Virus record (IMG/VR): IMGVR_UViG_3300030331_006178 | Span: 1 to 59,319 of that record | Source: a virus | Taxonomy: Duplodnaviria > Caudoviricetes | Reading direction: 5' to 3' (one strand) | Length of the DNA stretch: 59,319 nt | Shown here: positions 18,791-26,933 of the stretch, in pieces | How the letters are laid out: every line of letters begins with the position of its first letter | Position numbering within the stretch: position 1 is the first letter of the stretch | The notes under the pieces: model-generated | Database searches by the model: none | The model's input: the letters and a program-made list of their open reading frames with translations, nothing else | What the model was told of the DNA's origin: nothing | Position numbers and translations under genes: made by a program

Positions 18791-19794
18791 CTAAAGCACT
18801 AATAACAGGTATAACTGGAATGGTAGGATCCCACCTGGCGGATTATTTAATAGATAATACTGATTGGGATGTTTGCGGTTTGTTACGTTGGAATGATCGT
18901 ATGGACAATATCGAGCATTTAATGCCCAGTATAAATGAGAAAAATCGTGTTAGCTTGGTTTATGGAGATATAAATGATTTAAGTTCTTTGTTAGTCGCCT
19001 TGGAAAAAATAAAACCGAATTATGTATTTCATTTAGCTGCGCAGAGCTATCCTAAAACCAGTTTTGACTCTCCTCTTGAGACTTTAGAAACAAATATACT
19101 GGGCACCGCAAAACTTTTAGATGCTATAAAAATACTAAACTTAGATCCAGTAATACACGTGTGCGCTTCTTCTGAAGTTTTTGGTCGTGTTCCAAAAGAG
19201 TGCTTGCCTATTCATGAGGATGTGGGTTTCCACCCAGCCTCACCGTATGCGATATCAAAAGTAGGCACCGATCTTATAGGTAGGTTTTATGCAGAAGCTT
19301 ATGGTATGAAGGTCATGACGACAAGAATGTTCACACACACAGGTCCCCGCCGAGGTGATGTTTTTGCAGAATCAACTTTTGCTAAGCAGATAGCGATGAT
19401 CGAAGCGGGTATGTTACAACCAGTTATAAAAGTTGGGAATTTGGATTCTCTGAGAACTTGGTCAGATGTTCGTGATGCAGTAAGAGCATATTATATGTTG
19501 GTTACGACAAATCCAGTATCCGGAGAATATTATAATATTGGTGGTTCATACACTTGTACCATTAGAGAAATGTTAGATTATTTGTTGTCTTTGTCTACTG
19601 TTAAAGATATTCAAGTAAAAACAGATCCTGATAGACTAAGACCTATAGATGCAGATCTACAAATTCCCGATACTTCAAAATTTAAAAAACATACCGGATG
19701 GGAGCCAACAATTAAATTTGAACAAACAATGAAAGACTTGTTGGATTACTGGAGAAAACAAGTTTCTTCGGGTAGGGAATACTTAACACGATGA
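18787..19794 (+). CDS. GDP-sugar 4,6-dehydratase (GMD / DmhA-WcbK-like)
   Basis: LITGITGMVGSHL, HLAAQS, SSEVFG, SPYAISK, FTHTGPRRG, VGNLDSLRTW and RLRPID. Confidence 0.88.
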   Translation: MTKALITGITGMVGSHLADYLIDNTDWDVCGLLRWNDRMDNIEHLMPSINEKNRVSLVYGDINDLSSLLVALEKIKPNYVFHLAAQSYPKTSFDSPLETLETNILGTAKLLDAIKILNLDPVIHVCASSEVFGRVPKECLPIHEDVGFHPASPYAISKVGTDLIGRFYAEAYGMKVMTTRMFTHTGPRRGDVFAESTFAKQIAMIEAGMLQPVIKVGNLDSLRTWSDVRDAVRAYYMLVTTNPVSGEYYNIGGSYTCTIREMLDYLLSLSTVKDIQVKTDPDRLRPIDADLQIPDTSKFKKHTGWEPTIKFEQTMKDLLDYWRKQVSSGREYLTR

Positions 19795-20522
19795 AAATTC
19801 TTGTTGTAGGCGATAGCTGTAAAGATATTTTTGTCTATGGAAGCATCTCTAGATTATCTCCAGAGGCTCCAGTTCCTGTCATAGTACCAATGCATCAAAA
19901 AGAAAACCCAGGGATGGCGTCAAATGTTGCTGCAAATTTAATCGCTTTGGGTGCAGATGCAGATTTGCTCACCAACACTAAACAAATTAAAAAAATACGT
20001 TTTGTTGATGAGAGATACAACCACATGGTTCTTAGGGTGGACGAGGGTGATAAATGCGAGAGAATCAGCAATGTTGATATAGATTATTCACAATATTCTG
20101 CTGTGATAGTATCTGATTATTGTAAAGGATTTTTAGAGATTGAAGACATTGTACACATATCAAAAAAATCGACGTGTCCTGTATTTCTTGATACTAAAAA
20201 AGACCTTGGATCTTGGTGTAGCGCTGTTGATTATATTAAGATTAATAACTTTGAATACGAAAAAAATAAACATAATATAAAATTAAACCCTGAATTAATT
20301 AACAAAACTATAATAACACAAGGTAAAAATGGTTGTGTGTTTAAAGAACGCAGATATCTTACTCAAGAAGTCCCAGTAAAAGATGTTTCTGGCGCCGGCG
20401 ATACTTTTATATCTGGTCTCGTCATGAAATATGTCCAAACTAATGATATTGAGAAATCAATTAAGTTTGCACAAGAATGTACCACAATTGTTGTGCAGAA
20501 AACAGGAGTTGCCACAATATGA
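19791..20522 (+). CDS. HldE/RfaE domain-I-like heptose-phosphate kinase (PfkB family)
   Basis: VVGD, RLSPEAPVPV, NVAANL, VSDYCKG and the PfkB motif DVSGAGDT. It is shorter than typical. Confidence 0.85.
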   Translation: MKILVVGDSCKDIFVYGSISRLSPEAPVPVIVPMHQKENPGMASNVAANLIALGADADLLTNTKQIKKIRFVDERYNHMVLRVDEGDKCERISNVDIDYSQYSAVIVSDYCKGFLEIEDIVHISKKSTCPVFLDTKKDLGSWCSAVDYIKINNFEYEKNKHNIKLNPELINKTIITQGKNGCVFKERRYLTQEVPVKDVSGAGDTFISGLVMKYVQTNDIEKSIKFAQECTTIVVQKTGVATI

Positions 20523-20908
20523 ATTGTGTTTGGGTTAATGGTTGTTTTGATGTATTACACGTTGGGCATATACAACTCTTTAAATATGCTAAACGTTTTG
20601 GTAATTATTTAATTGTTGGTATTGATACTGATGCTCGTGTAAAACAAGCAAAAGGAAAAACTAGACCATTTAATACTTTAAAAGATAGAGTTATGATGTT
20701 AGAATCTATAAAACAGGTTAACAAAGTAGTAACTTTTGGTACCGATGAACAATTGAAAGAACAAATTTTAAAAAGCGGAGCAAAAATTATTGTTGTCGGA
20801 ACGGAATATAAAACAAAAAAAGTAATTGGTTCTGAATTAGTAGACAAAGTTGTTTTCTTTGATAGAATAAAAAAATACTCAACAACTAAAATATTGGAAA
20901 ATAAATGA
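20519..20908 (+). CDS. HldE/RfaE domain-II-like sugar-1-phosphate nucleotidyltransferase
   Basis: NGCFDVLHVGH (HxGH), KGKTRPFN and YSTTKI. ATGA overlap at 20519. Confidence 0.88.
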   Translation: MNCVWVNGCFDVLHVGHIQLFKYAKRFGNYLIVGIDTDARVKQAKGKTRPFNTLKDRVMMLESIKQVNKVVTFGTDEQLKEQILKSGAKIIVVGTEYKTKKVIGSELVDKVVFFDRIKKYSTTKILENK

Positions 20909-21225
20909 CTTACGTTTTTGATATCGACGGTACTATATGCACACTTTCTGATGGAAAGTATGAAAAAGCAAAACCAATTTATGGTAGAATAGATAGAGTA
21001 AACCAGTTATATGATCTAGGTAATACAATAATATTCCAAACTGCTCGCGGGATGGGAAGACATGAAAACAAAAGAGATTTGGCTATATCAGATTTTTATG
21101 ATCTTACAAAAAACCAACTTAGTTTATGGGGCGTTAAATACCACCAACTATTTCTTGGTAAACCCTCTGGCGACATTTATATAGACGATAAAGGTATAAA
21201 AGATATTGAATTCTTTAGAGATTAA
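20905..21225 (+). CDS. Small HAD-superfamily phosphatase (capsule-biosynthesis type)
   Basis: FDIDGT, TARG and GKP...YIDDK. Confidence 0.85.
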   Translation: MTYVFDIDGTICTLSDGKYEKAKPIYGRIDRVNQLYDLGNTIIFQTARGMGRHENKRDLAISDFYDLTKNQLSLWGVKYHQLFLGKPSGDIYIDDKGIKDIEFFRD

Positions 21226-21562
21226 ATTTGTGCCCAAAGGTTGGGGTTTTGAAAAATGGATTGTAAATAAAGAGCAGTACTGTGGAAAGTTGCTTTACAT
21301 CGTCAAAGATAAACGTTGTTCCTGGCACTATCACAAAATAAAAGATGAAGTGTTTTATGTACAATCAGGAAAATTAAAAGTTTTATATTCTGATGATAAT
21401 GATATAAACACTGCTAAATCTGTTATACTATCTCAAGGAGATAACTTTCATGTACCAGTAGGGTTAAGACATCAGATGATAGCCATACAAGATACTGAAA
21501 TGTTTGAATTCTCAACGCAGCATTTTGATGAAGACAGTTATAGGATTATAAAAGGAGATTAA
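21206..21562 (+). CDS. Cupin protein (mannose-6-phosphate isomerase / sugar isomerase-like)
   Basis: KGWGFEKW, CSWHYHKIKDEVFYV and HVPVGLRH. Confidence 0.7.
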   Translation: MNSLEIKFVPKGWGFEKWIVNKEQYCGKLLYIVKDKRCSWHYHKIKDEVFYVQSGKLKVLYSDDNDINTAKSVILSQGDNFHVPVGLRHQMIAIQDTEMFEFSTQHFDEDSYRIIKGD

Positions 21563-21564
21563 GT

Positions 21565-22515
21565 TTGAAACTTGTGACGATAACTGGCTGCTTGGGACTA
21601 ATAGGATCTCACGTGACTAGAAAGTGTTTAAGCTTGGGCTGGAAGGTTTATGGAATAGACAACTGTAGCTATGCCGCAAATACAAGCTTGATATCCGAGT
21701 TTTCAGGCTATAATAATTTTACTTTTGTTAAAGAAGATATAACAAATGTGAAGTATTTACCAGATTGTGATTATTTAATAAATATAGCAGCAGAATCTCA
21801 CGTCGGTAATAGTATACTAGACAGCACTGATTTTATCAACACCAACATCAACGGCGTAAAAAACTTATTAGATTTAATTCGTAATAAGCCTTCAAATGTT
21901 ACTAAAAAACCAATATTTTTCCATTTTAGCACTGATGAGGTCTATGGAGATATTGCGTCTGGTGAGCATTACGAGACAGACGTTTTAAGCCCAAGTAATC
22001 CATATTCAGCATCAAAAGCAGCTGCAGATATGCTAATTAAGGCATGGTCTAGAACATATGGAGTCGAATACATTATACTAAGACCAACTAACAACTATGG
22101 CACGCATCAATATCCTGAAAAATTAATACCGTTATCGGTAAAGCTTTTAACCAGAGAGAAAAAAATTAGGCTACATGATGAAGGAGAACCAATAAGAAAT
22201 TGGCTTCACGCAGCTGATACTGCAAATGCTGTTATAACAATCATCGAGGCAAACAAAAAAAACGAAATATATAATGTTGCCGGCGGCTTTGAGCAGAAAA
22301 ACAAAACAACTGTAGAAAAAATAATTAAGAATTATTTTAAAGATGAACGAAATTACTTAAATTACGTTGATTTAGGTTATAAGAGACAAGGGCAGGACGT
22401 TAGGTATGCCTTGAATGATAGCAAACTAAGAGAACTAGGTTGGCGCCCTCAAAAAGTTTTTGATGACGAAATATCTAAGCTAGTTGACTTTTACGTAAAT
22501 AATTTTAAATGGTAA
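21565..22515 (+). CDS. rmlB: dTDP-glucose 4,6-dehydratase
   Basis: AAESHV, STDEVYG, PSNPYSASKA, NNYG.HQYPEKLIP, RNWLH and RQGQDVRY. Confidence 0.88.
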   Translation: MKLVTITGCLGLIGSHVTRKCLSLGWKVYGIDNCSYAANTSLISEFSGYNNFTFVKEDITNVKYLPDCDYLINIAAESHVGNSILDSTDFINTNINGVKNLLDLIRNKPSNVTKKPIFFHFSTDEVYGDIASGEHYETDVLSPSNPYSASKAAADMLIKAWSRTYGVEYIILRPTNNYGTHQYPEKLIPLSVKLLTREKKIRLHDEGEPIRNWLHAADTANAVITIIEANKKNEIYNVAGGFEQKNKTTVEKIIKNYFKDERNYLNYVDLGYKRQGQDVRYALNDSKLRELGWRPQKVFDDEISKLVDFYVNNFKW

Positions 22516-22524
22516 GGAGAAAAT

Positions 22525-22752
22525 ATGAGTAAAGTTGAACATGTAAATCTATCCAAACAAGCTATTGGCGCAGTTATGATGGCGTTGCAAAAATCTTTGA
22601 TGGAGCAGTCAGACATAGTACCAGTTTTGGAAAATTTCAAAATGTCACAGTCCCCAGAAGGATTAGTTGTTTTAAATCCGCCAATAGTAAAATTTAAACC
22701 AGACGATGGCGAAAACTGGGATGTTGTTGGCGATCAGCCAGATAAAATTTAA
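22525..22752 (+). CDS. Hypothetical protein
   Basis: A strong AAGGAG RBS lies upstream and the ORF fills the gap between neighbours. Confidence 0.65.
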   Translation: MSKVEHVNLSKQAIGAVMMALQKSLMEQSDIVPVLENFKMSQSPEGLVVLNPPIVKFKPDDGENWDVVGDQPDKI

Positions 22753-22764
22753 AGGAGAAATAAG

Positions 22765-23013
22765 TTGCCGATTTATGTTTATGAGTGTCTAGATTGTCTA
22801 GGCGAGTGGAAGGAAAACCACTTGATGAATGAAACAGTTGAAGAGTGTTATTGGTGTATGTCTCAAAATGTACACAGGAAGCCAACCAACTTTTCTTTTA
22901 ACACTGAAAAAAAAGAAAAAACAAAAAAAGTTGGTGATTTAACTAATGAGTTTATTGAAAACTCGAAACAAGATCTTAAAAATCAAAAAAAGGAACTAGA
23001 TAGTAGCAGATGA
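22765..23013 (+). CDS. FmdB-family zinc-ribbon protein
   Basis: MPIYVYECLDC...CYWC. TTG start with an AAGGAG RBS. Confidence 0.75.
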   Translation: MPIYVYECLDCLGEWKENHLMNETVEECYWCMSQNVHRKPTNFSFNTEKKEKTKKVGDLTNEFIENSKQDLKNQKKELDSSR

Positions 23014-23297
23014 CGCACTTTTTCTTGGCTATCTCATCAATTCTTAACATTGTTTTGGTATGGTATATTGTTCAACTCTTGAAAAGGTTTTTAAACTTTC
23101 AAGATGAACTTGACGTATTTAGTGAAACATTAGAGGAATATAAAGAACATATAGACGTTGTTAGTAATCTTGAAAGGTTTTATGGCGATGAAACTCTTGG
23201 TAATTTACTTCGCCACTCTATATCTCTTGTTGAAGAATGCCAAAGTTTTCAGCGTGTCTTAAGACAAGAGGAAGATTATGGCGAGGAAGAGAACTAA
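23010..23297 (+). CDS. Small protein with N-terminal transmembrane helix and coiled coil
   Basis: Hydrophobic FFLAISSILNIVLVWYIV followed by a charged heptad-like segment. Confidence 0.6.
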   Translation: MTHFFLAISSILNIVLVWYIVQLLKRFLNFQDELDVFSETLEEYKEHIDVVSNLERFYGDETLGNLLRHSISLVEECQSFQRVLRQEEDYGEEEN

Positions 23298-23976
23298 AAA
23301 TCATTATTTTAGAAGAGAACATCAAGATGCAATAGTAGAGTATTGCCAGACACAAGACCCAAAAAGAAGAAATGAATTATATAAAGTTTTTATAGGTCCT
23401 GTATTTGATGAAATGGTGGATAAAATTGTCTATACTTATAAGTTCACTTCACTTCCAAATATAGACTCTTTAAAAGAAGATTGTAAAAATTGGCTTATTA
23501 CTGTTTTAAACAACTTTGACCCAGAAAAAGGCTCCAAGGCGTTTACCTACTTCAGTGTCGTTTCTAAAAACTGGTTTATAGCAGAGGTAAAAAAGACATC
23601 TAAAAAAGCAAAAAGAGAAACCCACCTAGAAGAATATTTTTTAACACATAGCGAGCGCTCGAACACACCCGCAATTCAGCAGTTAGTAGTTCATAATACA
23701 TACATTGAAGACAGAAATAAATATGAATTCTTTTTACATCTCAATAAAGAAATTCAAGGTTGGAAAAAAATGCCCCTCCGAGAGAATGAAGTAAAGACTA
23801 TTCAAGCGATTGAAATTCTTTTTAGCGAAGCAAACAATATAGAGATTTTTAATAAAAAAGCTATTTACTTATATATTAGAGAAATTACCGGATTAAATAC
23901 CAAGCAGGTTGTAAGCTCTCTAAACAAAGTAAGAAAACGTTATGCGGAGTTTAAAAAAGAATGGGACGATCAGTAA
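23278..23976 (+). CDS. T4 gp55-like late-transcription sigma factor
   Basis: NHYF...AIVEY N-terminus and the sigma region-2-like NFDPEKGSKAFTYF match the gp55-family pattern. It lies just before the structural genes. Confidence 0.7.
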   Translation: MARKRTKNHYFRREHQDAIVEYCQTQDPKRRNELYKVFIGPVFDEMVDKIVYTYKFTSLPNIDSLKEDCKNWLITVLNNFDPEKGSKAFTYFSVVSKNWFIAEVKKTSKKAKRETHLEEYFLTHSERSNTPAIQQLVVHNTYIEDRNKYEFFLHLNKEIQGWKKMPLRENEVKTIQAIEILFSEANNIEIFNKKAIYLYIREITGLNTKQVVSSLNKVRKRYAEFKKEWDDQ

Positions 23977-24263
23977 AAGATTTAGAGGTTTATATTCAAG
24001 AAGCGATTGATAATATTCGCGACGATCGTGATATAACTTCCACGCTACTAACACAGGTTTTTGCCGAGATAAGCAACGGCTCAGAAACTCACAAAGATCT
24101 AGGCTTAATAGCAGCTAAGTATGTAGAAACACTACAAAGATCCAATGAACAGCTAGTAAAACTCACCTCAATCATGTCGAAAAAAACAGACTCCAGCGTT
24201 GAATTATCAGAGGAAGATAAAAAATCACTTTTTGATGTTATTCAGGGCGAGGGTCATAAGTGA
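23961..24263 (+). CDS. Hypothetical helical protein
   Basis: It overlaps both neighbours and has amphipathic helices (AAKYVETLQRSNEQLVKL). Confidence 0.6.
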   Translation: MGRSVKDLEVYIQEAIDNIRDDRDITSTLLTQVFAEISNGSETHKDLGLIAAKYVETLQRSNEQLVKLTSIMSKKTDSSVELSEEDKKSLFDVIQGEGHK

Positions 24264-25912
24264 AATATTTCCTAAAAAATAATTTTAAAATTAGATCAAA
24301 GAGTATAATTCACAACTCTAACACATCAAGCCCTGTTGGGCTGGTAAGAGACGTCATAAAAAATGCCAACAATCCAAACGCGTTTGAGACTGCAAATATA
24401 TTAGTTGGAGATTTTATAGCAAATGTTAGCGATATCGTACAACAGGGAGATAATGATTTTTTATTTGATGACTTCTTAGCCGCTGCTGCAATATCACAAA
24501 CCGTAGATGTAAAAAGTCCAAATTTCAAACCTTTTTTTGCTATAGTCAACGTACCAGAGATAACCTGTATACAAACCCCTATTAGTACAGAAGTCGAGGG
24601 TTTTAATAGAAAAGTTAGAGATATTGTACAAACTTTAGGTGTGTTTAAACTTTATAACTATTACGGTCAATTCAACGATCCGGAATATGGAGATCCGGTT
24701 CAAGTGACTTTTGCTGATATGGAAACATTCACCGATGCAATTTTTATTGGTCCGATTATTACTGGTCAACCGACTGTTACTTTCAGCGGAGGATCAAAGC
24801 AGACCAACTCTCCTAAAGAATATGTTTCAAAATGTTCAGAAAAAGACAATGTAAATTGTAATATTAGCAAGTCTACCGAGACTCAACAAAGTACTGAGGC
24901 GTCCGAAAAGAAAAAAAATGCTAAAGAAAAATCCAAGCCTTCAAAGCCTAGTACTTCTAAAGAAACATCTAACACTCCAAACACTTTATCCTCCCCGACT
25001 CCTACACCCACTAGCAATTCCTCTGAGAATTGCAAGTTTGCAAATTTTGATTCTGATGTTTCCACAGATGATGGTTTACAGTGGGTTAAGATTAATAGCT
25101 ATGGTCCACGCGTCTGGCAATCACCAAGGAGAAAAACCCAAAACCATAGTTGGGGTACTCTTAGAATGGAGAAATTTTTAAGAGGTCTAAACAACGTTAG
25201 AGGTGGAGAGGATTTAGGCAAAGGCTATAAAAACCCAGTTAAAAACAATTACAAAGGTAGATACGATGTGCCCGATGATATAAGACCTGGATGGCACTTT
25301 CTCGACGTTAGTAAAGAAAAAGGCGGCGCAGCGACTGGACACAAGAGTCATCAATCTGGAATAGGTGTTGATATAAGTATTCCAACTAAATATGTAGACC
25401 CAAAAACAAAACAAGTTTTTAGAGGTATGAATATAAGGAAAAAATTTGTTAAAAACAAAAAAGGTGTGTATGTTCTTGATCCAACTCCACATTCCATAAG
25501 AGTCTGGGGCTTTCGCCGGGGAGAGCCAAAAATTGAAGATCACATGTTGGACGAAGTTGCTTTGTTGGATTTTCTCAGATATGCTATTCCTCTTTCTTAT
25601 CGTATAATATTTGGAGATAACCATGTCGCCCTAGCAAAAAAACTCATAGAGAAGTATTCTAGAGAAAATACTAATGGTTGGAGTCTAGACCACCCAGCAT
25701 ATAAATATTATAAGCTAAGCAAAACTAGGGTCCTTTCCGGAGATGATAGGATTCATGGCGATCATTTCCACGTCAGGTTGAGAGGTATCGCACAAGCTCC
25801 GCTCGGCATGGACAAGCAGAATCATCGAGACCGGGAAACTAAGAAAACAGGGAACCAAGGCGATGGTAGGATTGATAAAGGCTATCCTGGCTATAAAGTA
25901 GTCACCTATTAA
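24260..25912 (+). CDS. Baseplate hub-like protein with C-terminal MepA-type (peptidase M74, LAS) murein endopeptidase
   Basis: N-terminal P-x-x-G-D-x-V-x-V-x-F (PEYGDPVQVTF; gp5/VgrG OB-fold-like) and an S/T/P/K linker. The C-terminal domain has WGT, DVSKEKGG, GHKSHQSGIGVD and HGDHFHVR. Confidence 0.7.
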   Translation: MKYFLKNNFKIRSKSIIHNSNTSSPVGLVRDVIKNANNPNAFETANILVGDFIANVSDIVQQGDNDFLFDDFLAAAAISQTVDVKSPNFKPFFAIVNVPEITCIQTPISTEVEGFNRKVRDIVQTLGVFKLYNYYGQFNDPEYGDPVQVTFADMETFTDAIFIGPIITGQPTVTFSGGSKQTNSPKEYVSKCSEKDNVNCNISKSTETQQSTEASEKKKNAKEKSKPSKPSTSKETSNTPNTLSSPTPTPTSNSSENCKFANFDSDVSTDDGLQWVKINSYGPRVWQSPRRKTQNHSWGTLRMEKFLRGLNNVRGGEDLGKGYKNPVKNNYKGRYDVPDDIRPGWHFLDVSKEKGGAATGHKSHQSGIGVDISIPTKYVDPKTKQVFRGMNIRKKFVKNKKGVYVLDPTPHSIRVWGFRRGEPKIEDHMLDEVALLDFLRYAIPLSYRIIFGDNHVALAKKLIEKYSRENTNGWSLDHPAYKYYKLSKTRVLSGDDRIHGDHFHVRLRGIAQAPLGMDKQNHRDRETKKTGNQGDGRIDKGYPGYKVVTY

Positions 25913-25947
25913 TCACCTATGGTTAAGTTAAAGGCAAAAAGAAAAAA

Positions 25948-26922
25948 ATGAAAAAACCAGCATATGACATATCCCTTTTAACCCCTCAAGAGAAATTGAG
26001 GCTAGGTATAAACCAAAACTCTTCAAATTTATTGGGAGTTAGAGGTGATTCTCTGTTGGAGCCTGTTTGCTACCCAGAAAAAGCTAAAAGTGAAGTTAGA
26101 TTGTTCGGTCCTAATAATCATATGATATCTTTGATTAGAGATACACCTCGTGATTTAGGTAGTGGTTATGGTGCCCAGACAGGTGCCGGCTCGATTGAAT
26201 TAGTTGCTGGGTTTAGCTCTGCAGATCCCTCACAGACACTCTCTGCTAATCCTCAAGGCACACGCCCAGATTCAGTAACACTGATTAGAAATTATAAAGA
26301 TGACGCATCTAGACTCTTAATATCTCAAAAAACCGATGTCGACGATAATTTTGAATTAGTTCAGGGTAACATAGGAATTGTAAGAGCTAAAGCAGCAGTA
26401 GCTGTCAAATCAGATTCTTTAAGATTGATAGGTAGAGAAGGTATTAAAATAATCACTGGTGGAGATTCAAAAAACTCTGCCGGCGCGGAAATTAGAAGTG
26501 TGCCTAGAATAAACATTATTGCAGGAAATGACGACACGGATCTACAACCAGTTGCAAAAGCCGATACGTTAAATCTTACTTTACAAGATATTTTTGATCA
26601 AATAGATAAGCTTAATAGCGTGTTGGATACGTTTATGACTGCTCAAATAGAATTTAACACGGCTGTAATGACGCACGATCATTTTGACCTACCTGTCATG
26701 ACGGTGGGTACAATTTCTAGTGGAAATCCTTTCGCAATAAATGGTGGTAGAACAGGAGTTAGTCCTGACTTAATCCCAGCAGGCTCTAAGATGTTGTCCA
26801 GTGAATATGTCGCAAAAATTGATGGCATAGTTCAAAAACTACAAACAAGTATAACTCAATTTAACAATACCGATGCATCGGGACCAAAAAATAATGCTAG
26901 TCCAAGTGTTTACACGACATAA
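25948..26922 (+). CDS. Probable baseplate central spike (gp5/gpV C-terminal-like)
   Basis: Short repeated beta-strands (AVAVKSDSLRLIGREGIKIITG), then a coiled coil, then an HxH motif (THDH). It sits between the hub-like gene and gp25. Confidence 0.55.
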   Translation: MKKPAYDISLLTPQEKLRLGINQNSSNLLGVRGDSLLEPVCYPEKAKSEVRLFGPNNHMISLIRDTPRDLGSGYGAQTGAGSIELVAGFSSADPSQTLSANPQGTRPDSVTLIRNYKDDASRLLISQKTDVDDNFELVQGNIGIVRAKAAVAVKSDSLRLIGREGIKIITGGDSKNSAGAEIRSVPRINIIAGNDDTDLQPVAKADTLNLTLQDIFDQIDKLNSVLDTFMTAQIEFNTAVMTHDHFDLPVMTVGTISSGNPFAINGGRTGVSPDLIPAGSKMLSSEYVAKIDGIVQKLQTSITQFNNTDASGPKNNASPSVYTT

Positions 26923-26933
26923 AGAGAAATATT

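Noticed and set aside
480-22515. Interpretation as a bacterial O-antigen/capsule locus
   Set aside because: No export, polymerase or priming genes are seen, and the cluster is continuous and co-oriented with phage nuclease, sigma factor and baseplate genes. A chimeric assembly cannot be fully excluded from sequence alone.
25902-25920. Direct repeat TCACCTAT x2 around the stop of the MepA-containing gene
   Set aside because: It is only 8 bp with two copies and no associated element, so it could be chance or a tiny duplication scar.
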